Part shown: in pieces, positions 34,042-43,366 of the stretch
How the letters are laid out: each line of letters starts with the position of its first letter
How positions within the stretch are numbered: position 1 is the first letter of the stretch
Origin: Lachnospiraceae bacterium
GTDB taxonomy: Bacteria; Bacillota; Clostridia; Lachnospirales; Lachnospiraceae
Reading direction: 5' to 3'
Assembly: GCA_022793375.1 (NCBI GenBank)
Contig: JAAWCS010000040.1
Location: 1,157 to 65,156 of the forward strand
DNA length: 64,000 nucleotides
Program-made: the position numbers and the translations under genes
Notes under the pieces: generated by a model
What the model saw: the letters and a program-made list of their open reading frames with translations, nothing else
Databases searched by the model: none
What the model was told of the DNA's origin: nothing

Positions 34042-35202
34042 ATGTTTGAAAACGAAAAGATTTATATCGCGGGGCCGGAGTGCTTTTACGCAAACGGGCC
34101 GCAGCTTTTGAAAGCCATGCGCTGCCGCGCCGAGAGCCTTGGCTTTGGGGTAACGCTGCCAAACGACCACCCCCTGGACATGGAAAATGCGCTGCTTCAA
34201 AAGCGGGCCGACAGCATTTTTGCGGATTTGGAAAAAGTAATGAACGATTCGACGGCGATTGTGGCCGATCTGGAGTCTTTCCGGGGCTCAGAACCGGACA
34301 GCGGGACCGTCTATGAACTTGGCATGGCCTATGCCCGGGGAATCCGCTGTTACGGCTACACCCGTGATAAACGGCCGCTGGCCTGCAAGGACCAGCAGTA
34401 CCGGCTGAAAGACGGAGTGGTGTATGACGAACACGGCAGGCCGGCGGCTTACAAAGAACTGCCCTTTTGCGTATGCGTCGTCGGCTCGACAAAAATCGTT
34501 GAAGGCGGGTTTGACGACTGTTTGAAAGCGCTGATGACGGACCTGGAAGAAGAGTATAAACGAAAGGGACGTACCGATCAGGCGCCGGAGACGGCCGAAA
34601 TCGTTTTGGAGACGGCGTTTTCGGATTCGGCGCCGGAGAGCGGGGACGCGGCATACCGGCAAGCCGCTTCGGGGGCGTTTTCTCACAGGCGGCCGATTGC
34701 CTATTTGTCGGGGCCGGAGCGGTATGAAGAGGGCGCGGACGCCCTTTACAAAAAAATGAAAGAGATTTGCCGGGAGCACGGGATCGAGGCGCGGACGCCG
34801 CTTGACGAAACAGAGGATAGGGCGGCGCTAAAAGAGGGGAATCCCTACACGCAGGCGGCACGTCTGTTTGAACGCTGGCAGAAGCAGGTCCGGGACTGCG
34901 ATCTGGTAATTGCAAATCTGAACGATTACCGGGGTTATGAGTGCAGCAACGATACGGGGTTTGAATGCGGCATGGCGCATCAGCTGGGAAAAGCCCTGTA
35001 CGGATACATGGACGATGCGGGCCCCATGAAGGAGCGCGTCCCGCATCTGGGCGAAGAAAATGATTTTCGGGATCCGGCCGGGTGCAATGTGGAAAATTTT
35101 GACTATCCGCTGAATTTGATGTTTGGCTGCTCGATGAAGATTTTTGAAGGGCGCTTTGAAGAGGCAGTGAAGCGGGTGGCAGAGGAGCTGGGCCTGCGCT
35201 AA
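34042..35202 (+). CDS. Tandem-domain nucleoside 2-deoxyribosyltransferase-like protein (two NDT/PF05014-like modules in one polypeptide)
   Basis: Module 1 has 'KIYIAGPECF' and 'PDSGTVYELGMAYARG'. Module 2 has 'IAYLSGPERY', 'NDTGFECGMAHQLG' and 'YPLNLMFG'. Both keep the Glu of the DxGTxxExG catalytic motif. Confidence 0.7.
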   Translation: MFENEKIYIAGPECFYANGPQLLKAMRCRAESLGFGVTLPNDHPLDMENALLQKRADSIFADLEKVMNDSTAIVADLESFRGSEPDSGTVYELGMAYARGIRCYGYTRDKRPLACKDQQYRLKDGVVYDEHGRPAAYKELPFCVCVVGSTKIVEGGFDDCLKALMTDLEEEYKRKGRTDQAPETAEIVLETAFSDSAPESGDAAYRQAASGAFSHRRPIAYLSGPERYEEGADALYKKMKEICREHGIEARTPLDETEDRAALKEGNPYTQAARLFERWQKQVRDCDLVIANLNDYRGYECSNDTGFECGMAHQLGKALYGYMDDAGPMKERVPHLGEENDFRDPAGCNVENFDYPLNLMFGCSMKIFEGRFEEAVKRVAEELGLR

Positions 35203-35233
35203 GAGGTGCGCCGGCGGCGGTTTGCTTGGGCGG

Positions 35234-35320
35234 GGGCTGCTGCAAAACAAGGATTCTATACAATATATGGTAAACCGGCACGGCCATATTTTATGTTTTA
35301 TCTGAGTTTTGCGGCAGCCC
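35234..35320 (+). repeat. Copy 2 of the ~90-nt hairpin repeat element
   Basis: gggctgctgcaaaacaaggattctatacaatatatgg...gccatattttatgttttatctgagttttgcggcagccc. It aligns with 13375-13465 apart from a 9-nt indel and a few substitutions. It starts 32 nt after the NDT stop. Confidence 0.8.
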
Positions 35321-35728
35321 TTAAACCGCACACTCTGCCATGTCCCAGCCGGTTTAGTATTCTTTTTCTTTATAAATCCGTACCGTAAGAGGATACGACA
35401 AAACAAACGTTTTGCGGTCCTGTATCGCTTCTAAAATATTCTCTATGCCATTTCTTTCTATAAAACAAGGCCCGTCATTTCGTTAATTTCTCAAAAAAAG
35501 AAAAGCTGATACATCGGTAATAAAATAGGCAAGCTTATACTAAGATAAAACTTGTCCAGATATGCAAAAAGGACAGCGATTTCACATATTGGCATATCTG
35601 CGGATTGAATTTGCCTATTATAAAATTAGAATAAGTAATATCGCTGAAGAGAGAGGGGAAATGGCAGAAAAAACCGGAATAATGACGAATTATGGTATTG
35701 ACAAGCGCATGGAAATGTGCTATTTTTA

Positions 35729-35756
35729 TTACAAGAACTTGTTATAAAAGTATAAT
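35729..35756 (+). promoter_or_regulatory. Candidate promoter of the sugar ABC operon
   Basis: TTACAA (35729-35734), 16-nt spacer, TATAAT (35751-35756). It lies about 90 nt upstream of the first permease gene. Confidence 0.5.
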
Positions 35757-35845
35757 AAGTTAAAAGATACCAGCGACAGACAGCGGGGGCAGGCAGAGGT
35801 ATCCCAGGGGTATGAGTTTATCCACCAACAGGAAGGAGAAGGAGC

Positions 35846-36739
35846 ATGAAGCAAGTGTCCAGGGGGGCCAGGCGGAAACGAAGTTTTTTTAAACGGATCG
35901 AACCGTTTCTGTATCTGAGCCCGGCCGCCATATTTTTTGCCGTCTTTATTTTTTACCCGTTCATCAAAACCATATTCAACAGTTTTTTCCTTGTCAACAG
36001 CAAAGGAGAGGTGCGCTACTTCGTAGGCCTGGAGAATTATCTCCATGTGCTTTCGGACCCGTCCTTTATCCAGTCGATCAAAAACACTCTGGTTTATGTG
36101 GCGATGGCCTCGCCGTTAGCGATTGTGATCGCGCTGGTGCTGGCGATGCTGTGCTGCAATAAGACCAAGACCTCGTCCGCCTATGAGACCATGTTTGCGG
36201 TAACGATGGCCATGTCGCTTTCCGTGACGGCGATGATCTTCAATCTGATGTACAACCCGACGATCGGCGTGCTCAATCACCTGCTGCAAAAGCAGATTCG
36301 ATGGCTGGGCGATCCCAAGATCGCCATGGTGGCCCTGAGCATCATTTCGGTCTGGATGAATATCGGCTATAACTTCCTGTTTTTGCTGGCTGCGGTACGG
36401 GGCGTGCCAAAAGATGTCCTGGAGAGCGCGGAGGTGGACGGGGCCGGGATCCTGCGCCGCTCGGTGAGCGTTGTGCTGCCGCTGATCTCGCCTACCGTGT
36501 TTTTCCTGATCTGCAATTCGCTGGCCAAAAATATGATGATGTCGGGCCTGGTGCTCATTTTGACCGAGGGCGGGCCCCGCGGCTCGACCCAGACGATGAT
36601 ATCCTATATGTTTCAGCAGACGATCAACAATCAGAACTACAACGACGGCTACGCGGCGGCGATCATTGCCTTTATCTTTACCTTTATCGCCCTGTGCCTG
36701 AGTTTTGCCTTTGAAAAGAAGGGGGTACACTATCAATGA
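35846..36739 (+). CDS. Carbohydrate ABC transporter permease (MalF/UgpA-like)
   Basis: 297 aa with six TM segments and a typical 'LYLSPAAIFF' N-terminal region. It is coupled to the next permease gene. Confidence 0.85.
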   Translation: MKQVSRGARRKRSFFKRIEPFLYLSPAAIFFAVFIFYPFIKTIFNSFFLVNSKGEVRYFVGLENYLHVLSDPSFIQSIKNTLVYVAMASPLAIVIALVLAMLCCNKTKTSSAYETMFAVTMAMSLSVTAMIFNLMYNPTIGVLNHLLQKQIRWLGDPKIAMVALSIISVWMNIGYNFLFLLAAVRGVPKDVLESAEVDGAGILRRSVSVVLPLISPTVFFLICNSLAKNMMMSGLVLILTEGGPRGSTQTMISYMFQQTINNQNYNDGYAAAIIAFIFTFIALCLSFAFEKKGVHYQ

Positions 36740-37557
36740 AAAAGAAAGTGTGGGGAATCCTCTATCAGGTATTGTGTCTCGGGCTTGGCCTGCTTGTAAT
36801 ATCGCCGATTTTGTACGCGGTAAGCGTATCCTTCATGGATCCCGATCAGATTTTGAATACGGAGCTGTCGCTCTTGCCGCGCCGCCTTCACTTTGACAAT
36901 TACAAAATCGCGCTGAATTCAACGCCGCTGCTTCGCTATATGCTCAACTCCCTGATTATCGCAGGCGTGTCGAGCCTGGTGCGGCTGGTGACGGCCAGTA
37001 CGGCGGCTTTCGCCTTTTCCTTTCTGCATTTCAAAGGAAAAAACGTGATCTTTATCCTCTTTATGGCGACGATTATGGTGCCGGCGGACTGCCTGATGGT
37101 GACCAATTATCAGACCGTGTCGCAGCTGGGATTGATTAACACCTATCTCGGCATGATGATTGTTTTCTGCGCGTCGGCCCTCAACATCCTGGTAATGCGC
37201 CAGAACTTTCTGTCCTTTTCCACCGAGCTCTACGACGCGGCCGCGGTGGACGGATGCGGCAACTTCCGTTTCTTTACAAGAATCCTGCTGCCGCTGAATA
37301 AGCCGGTCCTGACTACGGTATTTATTTCCGCCTTTATCGGTACGTGGAACACGTATCTCTGGCCGATGCTGGTGACCAATAAAAATGAAATGCGCACCGT
37401 ACAGGTAGGCATCACGATGCTCAACTTCCCGGACGGCACGGTCTACGGACCGATTATGGCGGCGGCGACGATTGTGCTGATCCCGACGATCACGGTCTTT
37501 ATCCTCTTTAAAAAGCAGATCGTGAGCGGGATGATGGTTGGATCTGTAAAAGGGTAA
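36736..37557 (+). CDS. Carbohydrate ABC transporter permease (MalG/UgpE-like)
   Basis: 273 aa. 'ELYDAAAVDGCGNFRFFTRILLPL' is the EAA loop. Confidence 0.85.
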   Translation: MKKKVWGILYQVLCLGLGLLVISPILYAVSVSFMDPDQILNTELSLLPRRLHFDNYKIALNSTPLLRYMLNSLIIAGVSSLVRLVTASTAAFAFSFLHFKGKNVIFILFMATIMVPADCLMVTNYQTVSQLGLINTYLGMMIVFCASALNILVMRQNFLSFSTELYDAAAVDGCGNFRFFTRILLPLNKPVLTTVFISAFIGTWNTYLWPMLVTNKNEMRTVQVGITMLNFPDGTVYGPIMAAATIVLIPTITVFILFKKQIVSGMMVGSVKG

Positions 37558-37633
37558 ACCTGTTCACAGATAGAATAACGCGGTGTCCCATTATGCCCTG
37601 AAAACACGGGCATGAATAACGAAAGGAGAAGAG

Positions 37634-39076
37634 ATGCAAAAGGTAAAAAGAACGCTTCGTAAGTTACTCGCGGCTGTGTTGACAGCGGCCCTGTTATCCG
37701 GTCTTACAGCCTGTTCGTCCTCCGGGGACGGCCAGACGGAGGCCGGCGCTTCCCAGGGGGAGACGCAAAACGTGTCCGATCAACAGGGGACGCAGTCCCC
37801 GGCCCCCGAAGGGACCGTCGTCGTGGAATACTGGCACACGATGACCGGCGCCAATGAGACGGCTCTCAATGCCGTTGTACAGAAATTCAACGATACGGTC
37901 GGCAAGGAAAAGGGGATTTGGGTCGAGTGCATCTTCCAGGGCGACGATATCAACGAAAAGCTGAAAACCCTGTACCAGGCCAAAGACACCGAGAACTTCC
38001 CGGACTGCGCGATGATTTCCAATGCCGGTATCCCCTCGATCATGGACTATGAGCAGGTGGCGCCGGCGGCCGATCTCTATGCGGCCGGCGGTGAAGTGCT
38101 GGTAGCGCAGGAGGACCTGGTAGCCAATCCGGCCCGGGCCGCTACCTATCAGGAAAAAATGATTGCCATGCCTTTTAACGGTTCCGCGATCCTTCTGTAT
38201 TATAATAAGGATATGTTCCGCGAAGCGGGCCTGAATCCGGACAACCCGCCAACGACGATTGCCGAAATGGCGGAATGCATCACGGCGCTGATGCAGACGG
38301 ACGACAGCGGCAGCGTAACCCGCTATGGCCTGAATGTGGCGGTGCGCCGCTATCAGATGGCCAACTGGATCGGCGGGCAGGGAGAGTACAATTTCTTCGG
38401 TGACAACGAAGGCGGCCGCGCCGGTATGATGACCCGCGTGACCTTTGGCGACGACGGGACGCTGATGAACTTCTTGACGGAATGGGAAAAAGTCGTGCAG
38501 ACCGGCGGCTACAAAGAAGTAGAGGACAACATCAACGAAGAATTTGCGATGCAGCTGTTCGGCATGGCGGTCATGTCCTCGGCGCGCATCGGCAAAATCA
38601 CCGATCTGGTAGGCGACAGCTTTGAGTGGGGCACGGCGTTCCTGCCGAAAGTAAACGCCGGCGACCAGGGCGGCGTGGCCGTAGGCGGCTCCAGCAATCT
38701 GGTCTTTGACCGTGGCGACGCGGCCGTAGTAGACGCGGCCTGGTACTTTGTGCAATATCTGGCAAGCCCCCAGGCGCAGTACGATTTCTGCACACAGACC
38801 GGCTATATCCCGATCAATCGTCTGACCTTTGAACTCGACGAAATGAAAACCTTCCTTGCCGAAAACGAAAAATTTGCCGTGGCCTGCGAGGAAATGAAGG
38901 CCAGTAACCCCAACGTACAGGAACCTTTCGATATTATCAACTGGGAGCTTGACTCCATCATCCGCGACAACATGGAGCTGTTTGGAGCCGGCGAGCAGGA
39001 TATTCAAACCACGCATGACAATATTGTCAACGGCTGCAACGACAAGCTGGCGGCCTATGTAAAAGCCAACCAGTAA
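37634..39076 (+). CDS. ABC transporter extracellular solute-binding lipoprotein (family 1, carbohydrate)
   Basis: Signal peptide with lipobox 'LTAC'. 480 aa. It follows the two permease genes. Confidence 0.8.
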   Translation: MQKVKRTLRKLLAAVLTAALLSGLTACSSSGDGQTEAGASQGETQNVSDQQGTQSPAPEGTVVVEYWHTMTGANETALNAVVQKFNDTVGKEKGIWVECIFQGDDINEKLKTLYQAKDTENFPDCAMISNAGIPSIMDYEQVAPAADLYAAGGEVLVAQEDLVANPARAATYQEKMIAMPFNGSAILLYYNKDMFREAGLNPDNPPTTIAEMAECITALMQTDDSGSVTRYGLNVAVRRYQMANWIGGQGEYNFFGDNEGGRAGMMTRVTFGDDGTLMNFLTEWEKVVQTGGYKEVEDNINEEFAMQLFGMAVMSSARIGKITDLVGDSFEWGTAFLPKVNAGDQGGVAVGGSSNLVFDRGDAAVVDAAWYFVQYLASPQAQYDFCTQTGYIPINRLTFELDEMKTFLAENEKFAVACEEMKASNPNVQEPFDIINWELDSIIRDNMELFGAGEQDIQTTHDNIVNGCNDKLAAYVKANQ

Positions 39077-39093
39077 CAGAGGAAACCATAGAA

Positions 39094-39891
39094 ATGGTAA
39101 AACTTGTAGTAAGCGATATGGACGGCACGCTGCTTGGCCCGGGATCCTTCCTGGGCCAGGAAGCCCTCTCGATAGTCGAACATCTAAAGCAGCGGGGAAT
39201 CGGCTTTACGATCGCCACCGGCCGCAGCCGCAGCCTGAGCGAAGGCTACGAAGCGCTGCTGGGACTGGAACTGCCTTACATCAGCTGCAACGGAGCGATG
39301 ATCCTGAGGCGTGGGCAAGTCATAAAAAGGTATTCGATCCCTCTTTGCGGCCTGCGGGCGCTGATTGAAGAAGCCGACCGGCAGGAGATGTCGATCGTAT
39401 TCAGCATCGACGGAGAAGAATTTTACCTGCGGGAAACGCCCTGGATCCTCGAAAAGAGGGAGAGCGAGGGCTTTTACCAAAACCGGATGGATCTGTCGGA
39501 AACGGTTTGGGAAACGCTGTGCCTGGAAAAGATCATGATCATGGACGGCGACGCCTCCGGCCGGATCGGCCAGATCGAGGCTAAGTGCCGCGCGCTTCCG
39601 GCGCAGTACGGCTTTACCCGCTACAACGACCGCTCGGTGGAAATCGTACACCGTGAGGCCACCAAAGCCAACGGAATCCGCTTCCTCTCGCAGTACCTGG
39701 GGATTCCCATGAAAGAAATCCTTGCAATCGGCGATCATCAAAACGACTGCGAAATGCTGCGGGCCGCCGGCATCGGGGTAGCGGTCGCCAACGCAATCCC
39801 CGCCGCACAGGAAAACGCCGACTACGTAACCAGCGGCGATCACCTGGCCGGGGTACTGGAGGCGGTACATACATTTTGCTTAAAGGAATAA
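39094..39891 (+). CDS. Cof-type HAD-IIB family hydrolase (sugar phosphatase-like)
   Basis: 'LVVSDMDGTLL' is motif I and 'GDHQNDCEML' is motif IV. Confidence 0.8.
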   Translation: MVKLVVSDMDGTLLGPGSFLGQEALSIVEHLKQRGIGFTIATGRSRSLSEGYEALLGLELPYISCNGAMILRRGQVIKRYSIPLCGLRALIEEADRQEMSIVFSIDGEEFYLRETPWILEKRESEGFYQNRMDLSETVWETLCLEKIMIMDGDASGRIGQIEAKCRALPAQYGFTRYNDRSVEIVHREATKANGIRFLSQYLGIPMKEILAIGDHQNDCEMLRAAGIGVAVANAIPAAQENADYVTSGDHLAGVLEAVHTFCLKE

Positions 39892-39938
39892 ACGCGGCTT
39901 AAAAACCAGGCTCTGCCTGAAAAATAGGGAGAAAAACC

Positions 39939-40805
39939 ATGAGATTATCCACCTCGACCTGCATGTATTTTAACCGGCCCGGCGGACTAAAAGCGCCGAT
40001 CCCCGAATCCATCCGTCTTTTGTCGGAAGCCGGGTATCGCGTACTGGACATGAATTTCCACGACTGCGCGGTCTTTGAGACCCCTTTTACCGGCGAGCGA
40101 TGGGAATACTGGCTGGAGGAAGTCCTGGCGATGAAAGAGCGGTGCGGCGTCGTATTCTCCCAGGGTCATTCTCACTTTTATAATTACTGTGACGAAACGC
40201 TGGCAAAACGGCCGTATCTGGAAGAACTGATACGGCGGGGGATCGTGGCGGCCGGCCGCCTGGGGATTGACTGGCTGGTCATCCATGCGGCCACCGATTT
40301 TGACAGCGCTAGACCCTTTGAATCCTCGCGCCGAAAAGCGCTCGAATACTTCAAACCGCTTCTGGAGCTGGCCGCAGCCCATCATGTGGGGATCGCCATC
40401 GAAAATCTGTGGGATTTAAACATCGCGCCCCGGCATCGCTACACGGCGACGGCCGAAGAACTGGCCGATTTGATCGACCGCCTGCCCTACGACAACGTAG
40501 GCGCCTGCTGGGATGTGGAACATGCAAGTATCATGGAGCAGAACCAGACGGCGTGCCTTAAACTGCTGGGAAAGCGGGTCAAAGCCACCCATATCTCGGA
40601 TCACAACGGAAAAGAGAACGACCATCTACTTCCCTTTATGGGGGTCATGGACTGGCAGGAGGTGATGCAGGCTTTGCGCGGCATCGGCTATGCGGGGGAT
40701 TTTACCTTTGAAACACACCGCTTTACGCAGGAAATCCCCGACGCTCTGATCCCGGCGGCCCTGCGCTACAGCCGCCAGGTGGGAGAGTACGTACTGACCT
40801 TGTAA
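39939..40805 (+). CDS. Sugar phosphate isomerase/epimerase (xylose isomerase-like TIM barrel)
   Basis: 288 aa with 'IAIENL' and 'ATHISD' type metal-ligand blocks. It is FrlC/IolE-like in size. Confidence 0.7.
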   Translation: MRLSTSTCMYFNRPGGLKAPIPESIRLLSEAGYRVLDMNFHDCAVFETPFTGERWEYWLEEVLAMKERCGVVFSQGHSHFYNYCDETLAKRPYLEELIRRGIVAAGRLGIDWLVIHAATDFDSARPFESSRRKALEYFKPLLELAAAHHVGIAIENLWDLNIAPRHRYTATAEELADLIDRLPYDNVGACWDVEHASIMEQNQTACLKLLGKRVKATHISDHNGKENDHLLPFMGVMDWQEVMQALRGIGYAGDFTFETHRFTQEIPDALIPAALRYSRQVGEYVLTL

Positions 40806-40891
40806 ACCAAAACCATATATCATCCCGGCGGCGGCCCGTAAGCGCCCGCAAAAAAGGGCAGGCGGCCGCCGGCTAAACGAGGAGGAATCAG

Positions 40892-42031
40892 ATGAACACA
40901 ACATACGACTGTGCCATGCGGCGCCAGGTAATGAGCCTGCCGCAGCTGCTGGACGAACAGTACGCCGACTTAGAACCAAAGGTCCGCAATGTGCTGTCTT
41001 TCCAGGAAATCCATTCCTGCCAGCGGATCATCCTGACCGGATGCGGCGACTCATGGGCGGCCGCCATGGCAATGAAGCCGGCCTTTGAAGGGCTGACCGG
41101 CCTGAAAACAGAAGCCATTCCCGCCCTGGAACTAAGCCGGTATACGCCGGAGAAGCTTCTGAAGGGAAGCGCTTACAGCCCTCTGGTGATCGTAGTCAGC
41201 AATTCCGGCGGCGCGGCCCGGCTGGCGGAAGCCGTTCTGCGCTGCAACAAGTACGGGGCCTTTACGCTGGCAGTCACCGGCAAACCGGAATCGCCGCTGG
41301 GAATCCATGCCAAACGGATTCTGCCCATGGAAATCCCCCGTTTTGAAAGCGCGCCCGGGACACGCTCCTACATGGTCGCCCTGCTCGCGCTTTTGCTGCT
41401 GGCGATCCGTATAGGGGAGGTGCGCGCCCGCTATACGATGGAGGAGGCCTCCGCCCGCCGGCGTGAACTAAAGGGGCTCGGCCAGAAGCTGGCGCAGGGC
41501 CTGCCGCAGATGGACGCGGCCGTGATGCAGATCGCTCTGGATTGGAGCGGATTGGCGGCGTTTGACTATGTAGGCGCGGGCGCCGACTATGCCACCGCCT
41601 GGTACGGCCACGCCAAAATGCTGGAAGCCACCGGCCGCCATGCGATGCACATCAATTCCGAGGAATGGTTCCACCTGAACTGTTTCATCAAAGAACCGGA
41701 TCAAATAGGGACCGTCGTCGCGGCCCATACGGCCAACGCAGGCCTTAGCCGGACGCGGGAAATGCTGGCGGCCGCGGCCCGGATGGGCCGGCGGCTGATG
41801 GTGGTCACGGACGGTACGGCCGGGGACCTTGGGATCGATGCGGCCTGCGTCCAGGTGCCAAAGACCGATTCCCCCTACGCGGCCCCTCTGATGATGTTCG
41901 TCCCCCTGTGCCTTCTGGCGGCCGACCTGATGGCGATCTGGGAGGAAAAGCAGTGCCGCGGCCAGGAGGGCCCCTGGGAATTCTGCAAAGGTGCGGCCGG
42001 GCTTAAAAACAGCGAAATAATTGTCGTGTAA
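40892..42031 (+). CDS. SIS domain protein (GlmS C-terminal / FrlB / AgaS-like sugar-phosphate amino- or keto-isomerase/deglycase)
   Basis: 'RIILTGCGDSWAAAMA' and 'VIVVSNSGGAA' are SIS motifs. The size is consistent with two SIS repeats. Confidence 0.7.
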   Translation: MNTTYDCAMRRQVMSLPQLLDEQYADLEPKVRNVLSFQEIHSCQRIILTGCGDSWAAAMAMKPAFEGLTGLKTEAIPALELSRYTPEKLLKGSAYSPLVIVVSNSGGAARLAEAVLRCNKYGAFTLAVTGKPESPLGIHAKRILPMEIPRFESAPGTRSYMVALLALLLLAIRIGEVRARYTMEEASARRRELKGLGQKLAQGLPQMDAAVMQIALDWSGLAAFDYVGAGADYATAWYGHAKMLEATGRHAMHINSEEWFHLNCFIKEPDQIGTVVAAHTANAGLSRTREMLAAAARMGRRLMVVTDGTAGDLGIDAACVQVPKTDSPYAAPLMMFVPLCLLAADLMAIWEEKQCRGQEGPWEFCKGAAGLKNSEIIVV

Positions 42032-42049
42032 CAACACAAGGAGTAGAGC

Positions 42050-42454
42050 ATGCTGAAAAAATATGAATTGCAGACCGGATACAACGAAGTGGTCAATATC
42101 ACCGACCAGGTAAAAGAAGCCGTGCAGGAGAGCGGGGTAAAAAGCGGGCTCTGTCTGGTATTCAACCCCCATACGACGGCCTCGATGACGGTCACCTCAT
42201 TTTGGGATCCGATGGGCTTTGAGGACCTTCAGGACGAAATCTGCCGCCTGATTCCGACCAAAGTAGACTTTAAGCATCAGCACGACACGCCGCAGGATGC
42301 GGCCGGGCACGTAAAATCCTCGCTGATGGGGATCGAACTGTGCCTGATTGTCGAAGAAGGGAAACTGCTGCTGGGCGGCTCCCAGGGGATTTTCTTTTTG
42401 GAATTTGACGGGCCGCGCCAAAGAAAATATTATGTCAAAGTGATCGAAGGCTGA
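42050..42454 (+). CDS. YjbQ/UPF0047 family protein (annotated in databases as secondary thiamine-phosphate synthase enzyme)
   Basis: 'NPHTTASMTV' and 'HDTPQDAAGHVKSSLMG' are the family hallmarks. Confidence 0.8.
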   Translation: MLKKYELQTGYNEVVNITDQVKEAVQESGVKSGLCLVFNPHTTASMTVTSFWDPMGFEDLQDEICRLIPTKVDFKHQHDTPQDAAGHVKSSLMGIELCLIVEEGKLLLGGSQGIFFLEFDGPRQRKYYVKVIEG

Positions 42455-42459
42455 AAAAG

Positions 42460-42491
42460 GACCCGTCATCCAGGCAATGCGATGACGGGTC
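42460..42491. terminator. Hairpin terminator shared by the convergent yjbQ-like and GntR genes
   Basis: gacccgtcatc (42460-42470) pairs perfectly with gatgacgggtc (42481-42491). An A-run on the plus strand gives a U-run for the minus-strand transcript. Confidence 0.6.
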
Positions 42492-43277
42492 TCAGATATT
42501 CGGCTGGAAATTGCGGAAAACGCCGTTGATATTTTTTAAAGACAGCTTAAAGCGGACGGATTTGCCGATCCAGAAGGTGTGCGACAGCTCAAGGGGCGTC
42601 GAATCCGCCAGGACGGACAGCCCCCTTACTAACATCAGCGGCGAATCCGGGGAAATATTCAGAAGATGGGTATCTTCCAGTGTGGGCCGCGTGACCTCGA
42701 TCGTGTCCTCCACCTCGCTGGCAACCAGGTTGTAATCTCCGGCCAGGGTAGCGGAAAGCTTGTTGTAGGGGATGTCAATGTATTCAATGCCGGGCACAAA
42801 GCGGGCCGGGATCCAGGATTTGCCCAGCGCGAGAATGCGGTCCGCCGAACAGTAGAGCCGCGAAAAATAAAAGACGGGCGAACCCGCCGGCAGCTGGAGC
42901 GGGGCGCAGATTTCGGGGGAAGCCTCCGGGATCACGCACTGTTCCACCTTGCGCGCCGAGATATTGTAAGACTGAAGGCTTCCGGCATTAAAACGCTCGC
43001 TGGAAACCAGGTTATAACTCAGGTTGTGGACAAACGGAGCCTTCATCTCATTGACGACGGCCGGCTTTCCCTGCTGCTGGGTGATGAACCCGTCGCGTTC
43101 CAGTTCTTTTAAGGCCTGGCGCACGGTAATCCGGCTCACCTCATATTCGGCGCTTAACCCCCCGGTGGCCGGGATCGTCTCGCCGACGCCCCACTCATGG
43201 CCGGAAATCCGCTGCTTCAAATCATTATACACCTGATAATAAGCAGGAATAGGGGATTCTTTATCGATCGAGTGCAT
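42492..43277 (-). CDS. GntR family transcriptional regulator (HutC/FarR subfamily with a UTRA effector domain)
   Basis: 'IPATGGLSAEYEVSRITVRQALKELERDGFI' is a winged HTH. 261 aa. Confidence 0.85.
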   Translation of the reverse strand: MHSIDKESPIPAYYQVYNDLKQRISGHEWGVGETIPATGGLSAEYEVSRITVRQALKELERDGFITQQQGKPAVVNEMKAPFVHNLSYNLVSSERFNAGSLQSYNISARKVEQCVIPEASPEICAPLQLPAGSPVFYFSRLYCSADRILALGKSWIPARFVPGIEYIDIPYNKLSATLAGDYNLVASEVEDTIEVTRPTLEDTHLLNISPDSPLMLVRGLSVLADSTPLELSHTFWIGKSVRFKLSLKNINGVFRNFQPNI

Positions 43278-43313
43278 ACAATCACCTTTCCAAAAATTCT
43301 TTTGACCTTAGTG

Positions 43314-43326
43314 TCTTATTATAAGA
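43314..43326. promoter_or_regulatory. Perfect 6-1-6 palindrome TCTTAT-T-ATAAGA in the GntR/ARH divergent region (candidate operator)
   Basis: Seen directly in the sequence. It lies just downstream of a TTGACC hexamer (43302-43307). Confidence 0.3.
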
Positions 43327-43366
43327 GAAAAACAAAGAAAAGTCAACGAATAACAGGAGGATCAAC

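Noticed and set aside
35562-35747. A 61-aa ORF in the AT-rich gap upstream of the sugar ABC operon.
   Set aside because: It has no Shine-Dalgarno sequence. Its composition is driven by AT-rich DNA (Tyr/Ile/Lys/Asn), it has no recognisable motif, and it overlaps promoter-like elements.
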